From: a virus
Taxonomy: Duplodnaviria; Caudoviricetes
DNA length: 29,040 nucleotides
IMG/VR virus record: IMGVR_UViG_3300030330_001215
Span: 1 to 29,040 of that record
Strand: one strand, 5' to 3'
In this document: positions 18,680-27,145 of the stretch, in pieces
How the letters are laid out: each line of letters opens with the position of its first letter
How positions within the stretch are numbered: the stretch's first letter is position 1
The notes under the pieces: generated by a model
The model's input: only the letters and a program-made list of their open reading frames with translations
What the model was told of the DNA's origin: nothing
Databases searched by the model: none
Position numbers and translations under genes: made by a program

Positions 18680-19188
18680 ATTTCTTGCCAGTTTAATTTA
18701 TAATTGTATTCAGTTAAACAGTTTTTAAGTGTATCGTAATCGTTGCTGAAATTACTGTAATCAGATAATAATTTATACTTAGTTTTACCACACTCTATTG
18801 TGAATATTATACGTGGGTTTTTACTGTTTTTTAAACCAGCGTTTTTTATATGTTTACGCAATAAAGTGTTTTCTACAAATACTTTTTTATCACCTATTAT
18901 TTTCTCATATTTTGTTGTAACTTCTGTATAAGCTTTAGCATATTCCATCCAACCTTGCAATTTACTTTGATGTTCACGTTCATAATAATATGTTGCAGTT
19001 CTATTTTTGCCAAGTGCTTTAGCAATTTTTAATCTGTGTACACCGTTTTTTAGTGCTATAATACCAGCTATTTCACGGCCTAAACATAACTTCATCATTC
19101 TGCTTTTACCTTTTAAGCTACCAGCTGGCAAGTTTAAAACATCAGTTGTTATTTTAAATATCTTTTCTAGTTTTTCTTGTTCTGTCAT
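18676..19188 (-). CDS. Protein with DnaA C-terminal (domain IV)-like HTH
   Basis: KI.......LNL....LKGKSR...L...R.IA.......G.....IAKALGKNRTA aligns by eye to DnaA domain IV. Confidence 0.65.
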   Translation of the reverse strand: MTEQEKLEKIFKITTDVLNLPAGSLKGKSRMMKLCLGREIAGIIALKNGVHRLKIAKALGKNRTATYYYEREHQSKLQGWMEYAKAYTEVTTKYEKIIGDKKVFVENTLLRKHIKNAGLKNSKNPRIIFTIECGKTKYKLLSDYSNFSNDYDTLKNCLTEYNYKLNWQEI

Positions 19189-19200
19189 AATTTAGTATTT

Positions 19201-19334
19201 AAAAAAAGGGGGGTGCAGCTTAGTTATAAATTTAATTTTTGTTAATAATTAATTTAATGTTGTTTATCAATATCTGCAAACCTTATCAAAGTATAACCGC
19301 TCTGTTAATAATTAATATGGTTTTAACCCCCTTT
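19201..19334 (-). other. AT-rich intergenic element with nested inverted repeats and a 14-bp direct repeat (structured RNA or origin candidate)
   Basis: AAAGGGGG...CCCCCCTTTTTTT outer arms; tgttaataattaat at 19240-19253 and 19303-19316. Confidence 0.5.
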
Positions 19335-19338
19335 ATAA

Positions 19339-19686
19339 TTAAAATGGTGCTTCTTCGTTTATATCTTTGTTAATATTATAATTATTTGTTTCTTCACAAA
19401 TTGACCAAACATTTAAAGTTGTAAAATATTTATTGTTATATTCCCTAGAACTTACGTTAACTTTCATATCGTATATTACACCAACTTCTAAATCTTGTAC
19501 TGTATCAATATTAACTCTTGCGTTTTTGTTGTTACCAACTTTAACTGCAAATTGTTTTGCAAACTCTGGTATTCCGTTGTCGTAAACGTGTTCAAATACT
19601 AATGTTTGGTTTTTCCATTCATATCCATTGTTACCAGTACCGCTTTCAACTTGTAGTTTTTTTATTAATTTACCTTTTAATTCCAT
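19339..19686 (-). CDS. Single-stranded DNA-binding protein (DUF3127-like)
   Basis: MELKGKL, G..W..Q, SREYN.KYFT.L..W, acidic tail ending EEAPF. Confidence 0.8.
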   Translation of the reverse strand: MELKGKLIKKLQVESGTGNNGYEWKNQTLVFEHVYDNGIPEFAKQFAVKVGNNKNARVNIDTVQDLEVGVIYDMKVNVSSREYNNKYFTTLNVWSICEETNNYNINKDINEEAPF

Positions 19687-19688
19687 TT

Positions 19689-20324
19689 TTATTTATTTTT
19701 ATTTATTCTAGTTTTTAGTTTATTCATTCCAGCTTGTTGCATTTCATATAATTCAACATCGTGATAATCTGCAATAGTATTATCTAACTTTTCCATAATA
19801 TTAGTAACAGTTGTTATATTTTCTTCTAACAATCCATTTAAAACAGTTTCTTGTTTTTTAGTTAGAATATAATTTAACATTTTCTTTTTAACTATATCTT
19901 TTTTACCTTCTTTTATAGCTTTTTTCATTGCATCAAATTTATCTTTACTTAATTTATTTTTAACAACTTTAGGTTTCTTCATATTTTCTTGTACATCTAT
20001 AGCCGTTCTTACTTCATCTGCACTAGCTATGTTATCATCTATCATTATACCTAAATTAGCCAAAGCCCTACCATTAGCAGATGTTTCACAATTTTCTATG
20101 AAAGAAGTTTTATTAATATGGCTGCTACCTTTTATTTCATAAGCAATACCAGTAGATATTGCCCTACCATTTAAATCAAAAACTGTTGATTTAATAACAC
20201 ATCTATCTTCAGTTAATTCTATTATATCACTTGTAAGTGCGTAATCTTTATAGTTTTTTCTAAAATATTTAACCCTTTCTTTAACTTCAACATAATCTTT
20301 GCCGTGTATTTTTATTGATTTCAT
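19689..20324 (-). CDS. ssDNA annealing protein (Sak/Rad52-like)
   Basis: IHGKDYVEVKER, TG.A.E....S.IN.TSFIENCETSA.GRALA.LGI, IASADEV; adjacent to SSB; likely start is the ATG at 20324. Confidence 0.72.
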   Translation of the reverse strand: MKSIKIHGKDYVEVKERVKYFRKNYKDYALTSDIIELTEDRCVIKSTVFDLNGRAISTGIAYEIKGSSHINKTSFIENCETSANGRALANLGIMIDDNIASADEVRTAIDVQENMKKPKVVKNKLSKDKFDAMKKAIKEGKKDIVKKKMLNYILTKKQETVLNGLLEENITTVTNIMEKLDNTIADYHDVELYEMQQAGMNKLKTRINKNK

Positions 20325-20346
20325 AATATTTGTATAATATTTAATT

Positions 20347-20643
20347 TTAAAAGTTTTGTATAATAAACGAATCACCAAATGCCCAGTAATGTGTCTGTTC
20401 CATTATTGCATCTTCGTTTGGATAATGTTCTTTGTCATAATCTTGCCAAAATTCAAACAAATCTTCATACTCTGTGTATTCGCAACAAAGCGCAATAGGG
20501 TCAAACTCTATTTCTTCACCAGTGCTTTCTTCGTATTCTTCTAACATTTCCCACAATGCTTGCAAACCACTTTCACTAAAATTGTTTGGTCTATGTTCGT
20601 TAAACCAGTTTTTAAACTCGTAAAAATTTATTGTCTTTTTCAT
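20347..20643 (-). CDS. Conserved acidic hypothetical phage protein
   Basis: NFS..GL.AL...LEE.E...GEEIEFDPIALCCEYTEY; very acidic. Confidence 0.65.
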   Translation of the reverse strand: MKKTINFYEFKNWFNEHRPNNFSESGLQALWEMLEEYEESTGEEIEFDPIALCCEYTEYEDLFEFWQDYDKEHYPNEDAIMEQTHYWAFGDSFIIQNF

Positions 20644-20644
20644 A

Positions 20645-20860
20645 TTATTTCTCTTTTATATATTTAATTAATTGTTCTTTAATGTACTTTAATTGTTCTG
20701 TATCTATCCAGTTTATAAAATCGTATGCGTCAAAACACACCATAAAATCTTGGCCGTATTCGTCTGTGCCACGTAGGTATATTTCACCATCGCAACACTG
20801 GAAAGTGTTTATATCGTTCATACGTTTTGTAATAACACTTATGTTATTTTGCTTTTTCAT
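20645..20860 (-). CDS. Hypothetical early protein
   Basis: 71 aa, ATGA overlap with the upstream gene. Confidence 0.6.
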   Translation of the reverse strand: MKKQNNISVITKRMNDINTFQCCDGEIYLRGTDEYGQDFMVCFDAYDFINWIDTEQLKYIKEQLIKYIKEK

Positions 20861-21147
20861 AATATAAATGCTTTTTTGTTGTTTTTATTATAGCGTTTTT
20901 TTAATGTATTATAGTGTGCTGCATACATATCATTTGTAATATCGTAACATTCATCTAGAGCTAGATTATGTTGTTTAATATACTTTTTAAATAATATATC
21001 ATTTTGTTTTTCTGTGCCTACAATTATAATTGATAATTCAGCTTTTTCTGGCACATCTTCGTACTGTCTTTTACTAGCAGCCCTTTGTATATTATTATAC
21101 AAATTACCATCATTATAAAATGTATATTGTTCTATTATCATACCCAT
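20857..21147 (-). CDS. Hypothetical early protein
   Basis: 96 aa, tightly packed in the early operon. Confidence 0.55.
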   Translation of the reverse strand: MGMIIEQYTFYNDGNLYNNIQRAASKRQYEDVPEKAELSIIIVGTEKQNDILFKKYIKQHNLALDECYDITNDMYAAHYNTLKKRYNKNNKKAFIL

Positions 21148-21395
21148 AACATTACAATTTTAGTTATTGCCACTACAACAGTAACAGTTGTTATACCTAT
21201 CAAAATGTTTACAATATCGTTTAGTGTTTCGTCTTTTACATAACTAACTGCATAATCACTCCATTGGTTTTTATAATGTATTTTTTTTGTTTCGTTGCAG
21301 TATTCTGCTTGAAAAAACCTTGTTAGTTCATCACTGTTAAACACTTGTTGTTCACGTGTTGCCCTGTTAATTACTTTAAAATATTTGTTTTTCAT
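21138..21395 (-). CDS. First early gene; hypothetical protein with C-terminal TM helix
   Basis: C-terminus ILIGITTVTVVVAITKIVMLWV. Confidence 0.6.
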   Translation of the reverse strand: MKNKYFKVINRATREQQVFNSDELTRFFQAEYCNETKKIHYKNQWSDYAVSYVKDETLNDIVNILIGITTVTVVVAITKIVMLWV

Positions 21396-21422
21396 TGTTC
21401 TTTTTTTTTGTTAAACGTACTG

Positions 21423-21480
21423 CAAAGTTACAATAATTTTATTATTAACAAAACATTTTACAACTTTTTTTACAAAGTTA
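21423..21480 (-). promoter_or_regulatory. Early promoter region with host-sigma (Bacteroidota -33/-7) elements
   Basis: TAACTTTG at 21430-21423 with TTTG 18 nt upstream; second TAACTTTG at 21480-21473. Confidence 0.7.
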
Positions 21481-21504
21481 TTAACAAATAAGTTTTAGTA
21501 AAGT

Positions 21505-21579
21505 TTATATAAAGGTTGCCAGTATAATTAAAACAAACGCCCAAACAACCATTATTGGAAGTTGATGTTTAGGTTTCAT
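21505..21579 (-). CDS. Possible 24-aa membrane peptide MKPKHQLPIMVVWAFVLIILATFI
   Basis: Hand-translated; TAATG overlap with the phosphoesterase stop. Confidence 0.45.
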   Translation of the reverse strand: MKPKHQLPIMVVWAFVLIILATFI

Positions 21580-22301
21580 TATAAAGGCATTAAAAGGTTA
21601 ATTGGTAGTTTACCGTTGTTTAAGACAACACCGCAGCCGATTGCTGGTTTCTTTCCAAATTTAGCGTAAGCCATTGCATAACTAGAAAAGTCGATACCGC
21701 AGCCAATTTGCATTCCAAAGACACGAAAGTTCTTACCAACAAAATGCTCGCAATAAGCTTGCGTATGAAGATGGCCTTGTACAACGTTAATCATATTATT
21801 TTTACAAGATGTCCTGGCCGTACCCCCTTCACCGTGTTGGTATAAGACGTTGTCTTGTATGTAGTGGTCAACAAATTCCCACTTTGGCGTTTCTAGTACT
21901 TCTTTATAAGTTTTAATCCATTTTTTTGGTATGTTACCAGTTTGGCTTTTGCGCATAACCATTCTATCGTGATTGCCTATTATCACTGTTGCTTTTGGGA
22001 AAGCTGCATACCAACGTTTTATTCTGTTTATTGCCATCTCTAGTTCTTGGCCACCACTTAAACCATCTGGGTCTGTTTCGTGATAACTAGAATAATGGTT
22101 ATCAATTATATCACCTATAAAGATAACTTGGTTACAAGCGTAAAAATCGTATTGTTTTTTGCACCAGTGTAGATATTTATCTAAACAGAAAGGTTCGTGC
22201 AAGTCACCGATAACTAGAACGTTTCTAGTTTCGGTTTCTCGCATTTTTTTTAGTGCCACAATTTCGTGTGGCTTTAATCTGTATCTATTATTTTTTTGCA
22301 C
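21579..22301 (-). CDS. Calcineurin-like metallophosphoesterase
   Basis: GDLH, FIGDIID, GNHD, HG, GHLH motifs. Confidence 0.92.
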   Translation of the reverse strand: MQKNNRYRLKPHEIVALKKMRETETRNVLVIGDLHEPFCLDKYLHWCKKQYDFYACNQVIFIGDIIDNHYSSYHETDPDGLSGGQELEMAINRIKRWYAAFPKATVIIGNHDRMVMRKSQTGNIPKKWIKTYKEVLETPKWEFVDHYIQDNVLYQHGEGGTARTSCKNNMINVVQGHLHTQAYCEHFVGKNFRVFGMQIGCGIDFSSYAMAYAKFGKKPAIGCGVVLNNGKLPINLLMPL

Positions 22302-22485
22302 TTGAATCTGCTATACCTTGTCCGATAATTAGTGCTATAATAGAATGTAATATAGCTTTGGTATCTTCTGGGTTCAAGCCAAATTGTTCGTGTAGTAGTT
22401 GCACTAATATTGCAGCTATTGTATACCACGCTTTTTTAGATTTTAGTATCTTTCCTATTAATAGGTTTTTAAGTAATTGATTCAT
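22288..22485 (-). CDS. Putative holin
   Basis: 65 aa, LKSKK.W then two hydrophobic segments; follows the endolysin. Confidence 0.6.
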   Translation of the reverse strand: MNQLLKNLLIGKILKSKKAWYTIAAILVQLLHEQFGLNPEDTKAILHSIIALIIGQGIADSSAKK

Positions 22486-22516
22486 ATTATAAAATTTAGT
22501 TAATATTCAAAGTTAT

Positions 22517-22894
22517 TTAATTATAAAGCCATATTACGTCTTTGTCTTTGTCTTTATCAACATCACAATGTATAAAAGATTTAGCAATACCTATTCTGTT
22601 TATACCAACACTAATTAGTGCTTGTATTATTAAGCTTCTATCACGGCTTCCTATTGCTCTAATGTCAGCTGCTAAACCTTTGCAGTGGCTAGAACCAACT
22701 CGCGCCCCTAATACATTATTGTTATAATTTTGTGTCCTATAACCACTGTTAATTGTAAAAGGTATGCCAGCAATTCCACGAGCATAATCTAATTTTTCTA
22801 AAAAAATATAGTTCATTTTATCACCACTTCCTGGTTCATCTGGGCTATCAAACTCACTTATTTTAAAGTATTTCAAATTTAGTGTTTTAGACAT
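22517..22894 (-). CDS. Endolysin, peptidase M15 family
   Basis: YF..SEFD, INSGYR, SSH..G.AADI, FIHCD zinc motifs; likely ATG at 22894 (track extends to TTG at 22990). Confidence 0.88.
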   Translation of the reverse strand: MSKTLNLKYFKISEFDSPDEPGSGDKMNYIFLEKLDYARGIAGIPFTINSGYRTQNYNNNVLGARVGSSHCKGLAADIRAIGSRDRSLIIQALISVGINRIGIAKSFIHCDVDKDKDKDVIWLYN

Positions 22895-22994
22895 TTTAAG
22901 GCGTTTTAAGAAACTTTTAACTCTTTCTAGTATATTAGTATTAAAAAATAAAGTTCGTAAATTTACTAGAGTAGATAGTTTGCAAGACAATATA

Positions 22995-23129
22995 TTATGT
23001 TAAATTGTTAATTGTATAAATTTTAACACCTTTTACAACTTGCACTAACTTTTTTTCTATTTTTTTTTCTTGTTTTTTGTGCTTAATCCACTTTGGATTG
23101 TTGCTATTTAATTTCTTTTTTTTTGGCAT
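22995..23129 (-). CDS. 44-aa highly basic protein (not in ORF track)
   Basis: Hand-translated MPKKKKLNSNNPKWIKHKKQEKKIEKKLVQVVKGVKIYTINNLT. Confidence 0.55.
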   Translation of the reverse strand: MPKKKKLNSNNPKWIKHKKQEKKIEKKLVQVVKGVKIYTINNLT

Positions 23130-23271
23130 ATTTTACAAACTTATAAATTGAAAATGAAATTGCTAAACACAATGATATTAAAGTTAAAATGTGATTAATT
23201 TCAACTAAACTAATACCTATTGCAGTTCCGTTAGCTAGCGTTACTTGTGCGGTGTCTTGTATTTCTTTCAT
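23104..23271 (-). CDS. 55-aa membrane protein, holin/antiholin candidate (not in ORF track)
   Basis: Hand-translated MKEIQDTAQVTLANGTAIGISLVEINHILTLISLCLAISFSIYKFVKYAKKKEIK; TM segment plus basic tail. Confidence 0.65.
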   Translation of the reverse strand: MKEIQDTAQVTLANGTAIGISLVEINHILTLISLCLAISFSIYKFVKYAKKKEIK

Positions 23272-23350
23272 TCTTCTTGTTGTTTTTGCTAGTCAAATAT
23301 GTTTTTAATTTAGTTTTATTGACTTGTTTTATTTTATAATATTTTTTCAT
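23231..23350 (-). CDS. 39-aa basic protein (not in ORF track)
   Basis: Hand-translated MKKYYKIKQVNKTKLKTYLTSKNNKKNERNTRHRTSNAS; TAATG coupling to the adaptor gene. Confidence 0.45.
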   Translation of the reverse strand: MKKYYKIKQVNKTKLKTYLTSKNNKKNERNTRHRTSNAS

Positions 23351-23916
23351 TAATAGCTAATATCTGGCGTTAAAAAATTTTTTAATGTTATTTCTGTGCC
23401 TTGTTGTCTTGGTTTTTCTAGGTTCATCCCACTGTAATACGCATTCTTGTCTGGCGATATATCTTCACCACTATTTGTGCTATATTCTGGGAAGCTAGAT
23501 GTATTATTTTTTAAATGCTCTATTAACCTTTCTGTGTAGTATTCAGCAGTGTTTCTAACTTCTTCTCTAAGGTGTTGTGCTTCTTCTGTACTTAACGCAG
23601 AACCAGTTTCGCTAGATTTACTAAATATATTTCCGTTTTCTACTTTAAAACGCAAAAAAGGAATACAGTGATACAAAGCCCAGTTAGGGAGCATATCGCC
23701 AATATATTCATCTACTAACGTTTTATATGCACCAGTTAGTGTGCCAGCAGTTATATCTGCTTCTAGTTTTTTGTATAAATCTGTTCCCAGCTTTGGTTCA
23801 ACGTAGAGTTTCTGCGCTTGCCTAACATAAGGCAATAACAAATCTACATCGACATTCATATTGATTGCCGTTGATTGTTTAAGCTTATTTTCTGATATGA
23901 ATAAAACGTAACTCAT
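23350..23916 (-). CDS. Putative head-tail adaptor
   Basis: Follows portal; LFISE..LK, AQ..Y....LGT.LY, YY..RL...L......FPEY pattern. Confidence 0.65.
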   Translation of the reverse strand: MSYVLFISENKLKQSTAINMNVDVDLLLPYVRQAQKLYVEPKLGTDLYKKLEADITAGTLTGAYKTLVDEYIGDMLPNWALYHCIPFLRFKVENGNIFSKSSETGSALSTEEAQHLREEVRNTAEYYTERLIEHLKNNTSSFPEYSTNSGEDISPDKNAYYSGMNLEKPRQQGTEITLKNFLTPDISY

Positions 23917-23922
23917 TTTCTA

Positions 23923-25929
23923 TTATTTTAAATATCCGTTATTTGGCATTGTTTTTGGTGCTTTTGCAACTTTACTATCGTTTCTTTTAATTGTAAAACC
24001 TTCGCTTCTTGCTTTTGTTGTAGATATACTAATATTGCTTTGCACGTTACTTGGGTAAACTACAAACTCATCTTCACTTGCAATAGTTTTATAGATTTGT
24101 CGCTTCCAGTAGTGATGACAATTTGCGCCGCCTTTGAAGAACCAGATATTATACGTATTTGCACCGTTTGGTCCCCACCCTGGATTAACTGGCATTGTAT
24201 TCATTCTTATTATATCTTCTTTACGGTATAACTTATTAGCGTTCATCATTAACCTACAAAATTCTCTACTAGGTGATTTTCTTGATAAAGATTTGTTTTC
24301 AGCATATACGTAACGTACTTTGTAAAATGCGTTTTGTTTTTTATTTAAACCGTCTTGCTCACTTCTAGTATTTGGTATTGCTCTTCCAGTAGAAGCCAAC
24401 TCTAATTTTTCAATATTATTTAATTCAGCTTCAAAATCAAAATCTTCGTGTTCATTAACAACTTCTTCTTCATCTATTAGTTCATAACCTTGCGGTATTT
24501 CTTCACCGTAATCTTCAATAAATTGTTCTAAAACGGTTTTATTAGAAAACCTTTGTATATCATCGTGTTTTGCGCAAGGCATATATACGGTTCGACCTTC
24601 TAGTTCGTGAGCGTGATAACCACTGCAACCAAGTTTTTCTGCTTCTGCTTCTGCTTCTTCAATTGTACTGTAAACTGGTTGTCCATCTATTTCACCAACT
24701 TTTGCAAGTTCTTCGTTTACAACAACTTCTTCGTTTAGTGGTGCAAGTCCTAATTCTTCACGTATTTCGTCTTGCTCCATAACTGCTTTTAAATCCTCGC
24801 TTGTAAATTGTAACGTAATTGGTTTTAATTGTACAAAGCTTATTGGCATATCCATATTATTTACCCTAAACAGTTTTCTTAAAACTTTTATAATGTGTTG
24901 TTGGTATGGTTTACAAACTGTATTAAGGTAATAATTTGCAGCGCTATTTAATTCATCAACATTGCTACCAAGTCCAGTTTGGTTTTTTATCCCCATAAGC
25001 ATAGGACTTGTAACTCTATGAGCTGTAAGAATGTTTTGCACGAGAAGTTCTTGCAATGCTAAAAATTGTTTATCTGCGTTTGCAACTGCAATAGGTGTTA
25101 TTTCTGGCACCCTGTTTCTATCTTCGCTAAATGTCAGTACAAAACGCCCAGCAGATTCGCTTCCAGTAAACTTTTCTTTTAGACTGTGTTCTATTTGTAA
25201 ACGTTCTTCTTGCGTTGGGATACCATTCGCAAAACTGATGAAGTAACTCCCACTGAATCCATTACTTATATTGTTTAAATGATACTCTGATACTTTTTGG
25301 TCTATTAGACTCCAATTGTTGCCAGCAAGATAATCTGGCGTATAATAACTGTTCATATTTGGCGAATATAAACCACTGTATAATATTTGGTTTGCACTTG
25401 TTCTATCATTAATGTTAAATGCTGGCACTCTATATGGTTTATTTTGCCTTGTATTGCCCCAATCTGCACTTACATAATATGCGCATACTTTACCCATCGC
25501 GTCTGGACGTTCAACCCTTATTTTCTCTACTGGCACGTGATATATTTCAGCGATTTGTGTTCTGTCTTTACTCCATACGATATTTAAAGCAAATGCACCT
25601 TGTAATTTAAAATCAAATGCAACTTTTTTTACTAACTCGTGTAGTGTTTCGTTAGTATTAGGGTTAGCCATAAACTGTTTAAGCTTAACCATTGCATCTA
25701 AATCACGTTCATCTTCATCATCTATAATTATATCTTCACCAGCTATTATTTCGCTTGTTGCGTTTATTATAGCTGCATTAGTTGAACTATTGTAGTACAA
25801 ATCTATTAAGAACTGTGGGTATAAGTTTTTCCAATTATCCGTACCGTATTCAATATAATCTTTACCACGTACTTCTTGAACTTGCGGTGCAGTTTCTGTG
25901 CCTAAATTAATATTTACAATTTCTTTCAT
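23923..25929 (-). CDS. Portal protein with C-terminal extension
   Basis: YG..N.YPQFLIDLYYNSS, NNISNGF, ILTAHRVTSP.L.GI, DEIRE.LGL.PL portal motifs in the first ~400 aa. Confidence 0.88.
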   Translation of the reverse strand: MKEIVNINLGTETAPQVQEVRGKDYIEYGTDNWKNLYPQFLIDLYYNSSTNAAIINATSEIIAGEDIIIDDEDERDLDAMVKLKQFMANPNTNETLHELVKKVAFDFKLQGAFALNIVWSKDRTQIAEIYHVPVEKIRVERPDAMGKVCAYYVSADWGNTRQNKPYRVPAFNINDRTSANQILYSGLYSPNMNSYYTPDYLAGNNWSLIDQKVSEYHLNNISNGFSGSYFISFANGIPTQEERLQIEHSLKEKFTGSESAGRFVLTFSEDRNRVPEITPIAVANADKQFLALQELLVQNILTAHRVTSPMLMGIKNQTGLGSNVDELNSAANYYLNTVCKPYQQHIIKVLRKLFRVNNMDMPISFVQLKPITLQFTSEDLKAVMEQDEIREELGLAPLNEEVVVNEELAKVGEIDGQPVYSTIEEAEAEAEKLGCSGYHAHELEGRTVYMPCAKHDDIQRFSNKTVLEQFIEDYGEEIPQGYELIDEEEVVNEHEDFDFEAELNNIEKLELASTGRAIPNTRSEQDGLNKKQNAFYKVRYVYAENKSLSRKSPSREFCRLMMNANKLYRKEDIIRMNTMPVNPGWGPNGANTYNIWFFKGGANCHHYWKRQIYKTIASEDEFVVYPSNVQSNISISTTKARSEGFTIKRNDSKVAKAPKTMPNNGYLK

Positions 25930-26150
25930 TAGTCAGTTGGTTGCGTCCATTCTGGACTGTTTAATATTTGCATAATACCTTCATAATCATACAGTGTTTT
26001 GCCTACTAAAAATTCTGGCGTATCACCTTCAAATTTAAGTAAAAATTGCGTGTTTGCGTTGTTATACCTTAATGTGTTTTGTGATGTTTCTAAAACCTCT
26101 GTAAAATCAACGTTATTTAATTCTTCTTTATTTAATATTGTATATTTCAT
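25929..26150 (-). CDS. Small conserved hypothetical protein
   Basis: VDF.EVLETS..TLRY, K.EG.TP.FL, L.S.EW; coupled between LamG and portal. Confidence 0.6.
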   Translation of the reverse strand: MKYTILNKEELNNVDFTEVLETSQNTLRYNNANTQFLLKFEGDTPEFLVGKTLYDYEGIMQILNSPEWTQPTD

Positions 26151-26855
26151 TTATCCAGCTTTAAATGGTACGTCTGTACTGTAAGTTGCATTGTTGTTTA
26201 ACGTTCCGTTGTTATCGTTACCGCTACTATCAATTGCAACAGTACCACTTCCTTCATCTAATTTATAGTATGCAACTAAATATTGATTGCTTGTTAAATC
26301 TATTGGTTCACTGTTTGCAACATATACATCTGATATTCCAACAACTGCATTAAATAAACCTAATTGCGCTACTTTACCGTGTAAATAATTACCCCCAAGT
26401 GTGTTTTGTCCTATCATATTATCTGCAAATGTTCCTGTAAATGTACCAGAAAAAGTGTTAACCGCTTGTGATACACCGTCTATAAACAGTTCTATTCTTG
26501 TAGTTGTCCAAGTTGCTAGGATATGATGATATTTACCATCATCTTCAAAATCAACTGTGTGTGAAGCCAATTTAGTTGAACCCCCTAACCTATACGCTAT
26601 TCTAAGTTGTGTAGTGCCATTATGATAAAACACATTAACGTAATTGCTACTATCTACACGAGCTTGCCAAATAGTTGAACTGGTGCTAGTTGTATCAATT
26701 TTAAACCACGCACTACAAGAACCACGTTGACCACTAATTAACGTTTTACTTTCTCCTATATCTATATAAGCGTCTACGCCATCTAAATCAACAGAATATA
26801 TATTATATCCAGTTGCAGTTTTGTTTATACTATTACCTAGTTTTAATCCTAACAT
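26151..26855 (-). CDS. LamG/concanavalin A-like lectin domain virion protein
   Basis: DGVDAYI, SAWFK, DGKYHHI..TW, LFIDG, LVAYYKLDEGSG..A.DSSGN.NNGTL. Confidence 0.85.
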   Translation of the reverse strand: MLGLKLGNSINKTATGYNIYSVDLDGVDAYIDIGESKTLISGQRGSCSAWFKIDTTSTSSTIWQARVDSSNYVNVFYHNGTTQLRIAYRLGGSTKLASHTVDFEDDGKYHHILATWTTTRIELFIDGVSQAVNTFSGTFTGTFADNMIGQNTLGGNYLHGKVAQLGLFNAVVGISDVYVANSEPIDLTSNQYLVAYYKLDEGSGTVAIDSSGNDNNGTLNNNATYSTDVPFKAG

Positions 26856-26858
26856 ATC

Positions 26859-27134
26859 TTATGTTGTTGGTCCTTCGTGATAACCAATACCAATACCGCT
26901 TGTCAATGTTATTGCAGTTATATTCATAAAGAGTGTCGTTCCAGCTGGGAGCGTTGTTTGTAGTGCGCTTTCACCAGTTGCATCTGCTACTGTTATTGCA
27001 CTAACCACTGATGTAACTGGAAAATAAACTGCGTAAAAATCTTTACCAGTTTGTGCAGCCGTAGTGAATATTTCTGTGCTACCGTTTTTACCTAATTGTT
27101 CTACTAATAATTGTTGTACGTTTTCTATTGCCAT
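26859..27134 (-). CDS. Small virion structural protein
   Basis: 91 aa beta-rich, T.PAGT..F...TAITLTSG motif. Confidence 0.55.
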   Translation of the reverse strand: MAIENVQQLLVEQLGKNGSTEIFTTAAQTGKDFYAVYFPVTSVVSAITVADATGESALQTTLPAGTTLFMNITAITLTSGIGIGYHEGPTT

Positions 27135-27145
27135 TTTTTATTTAT

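Noticed and set aside
22336-22344. Half match to the late motif (TCTATTATA) inside the holin-like gene
   Set aside because: Lacks the AAMTAAAT element at 10-nt spacing and is intragenic
22538-22560. Short tandem repeat (gtcttt)n
   Set aside because: Simply encodes DKDKDKD at the endolysin C-terminus
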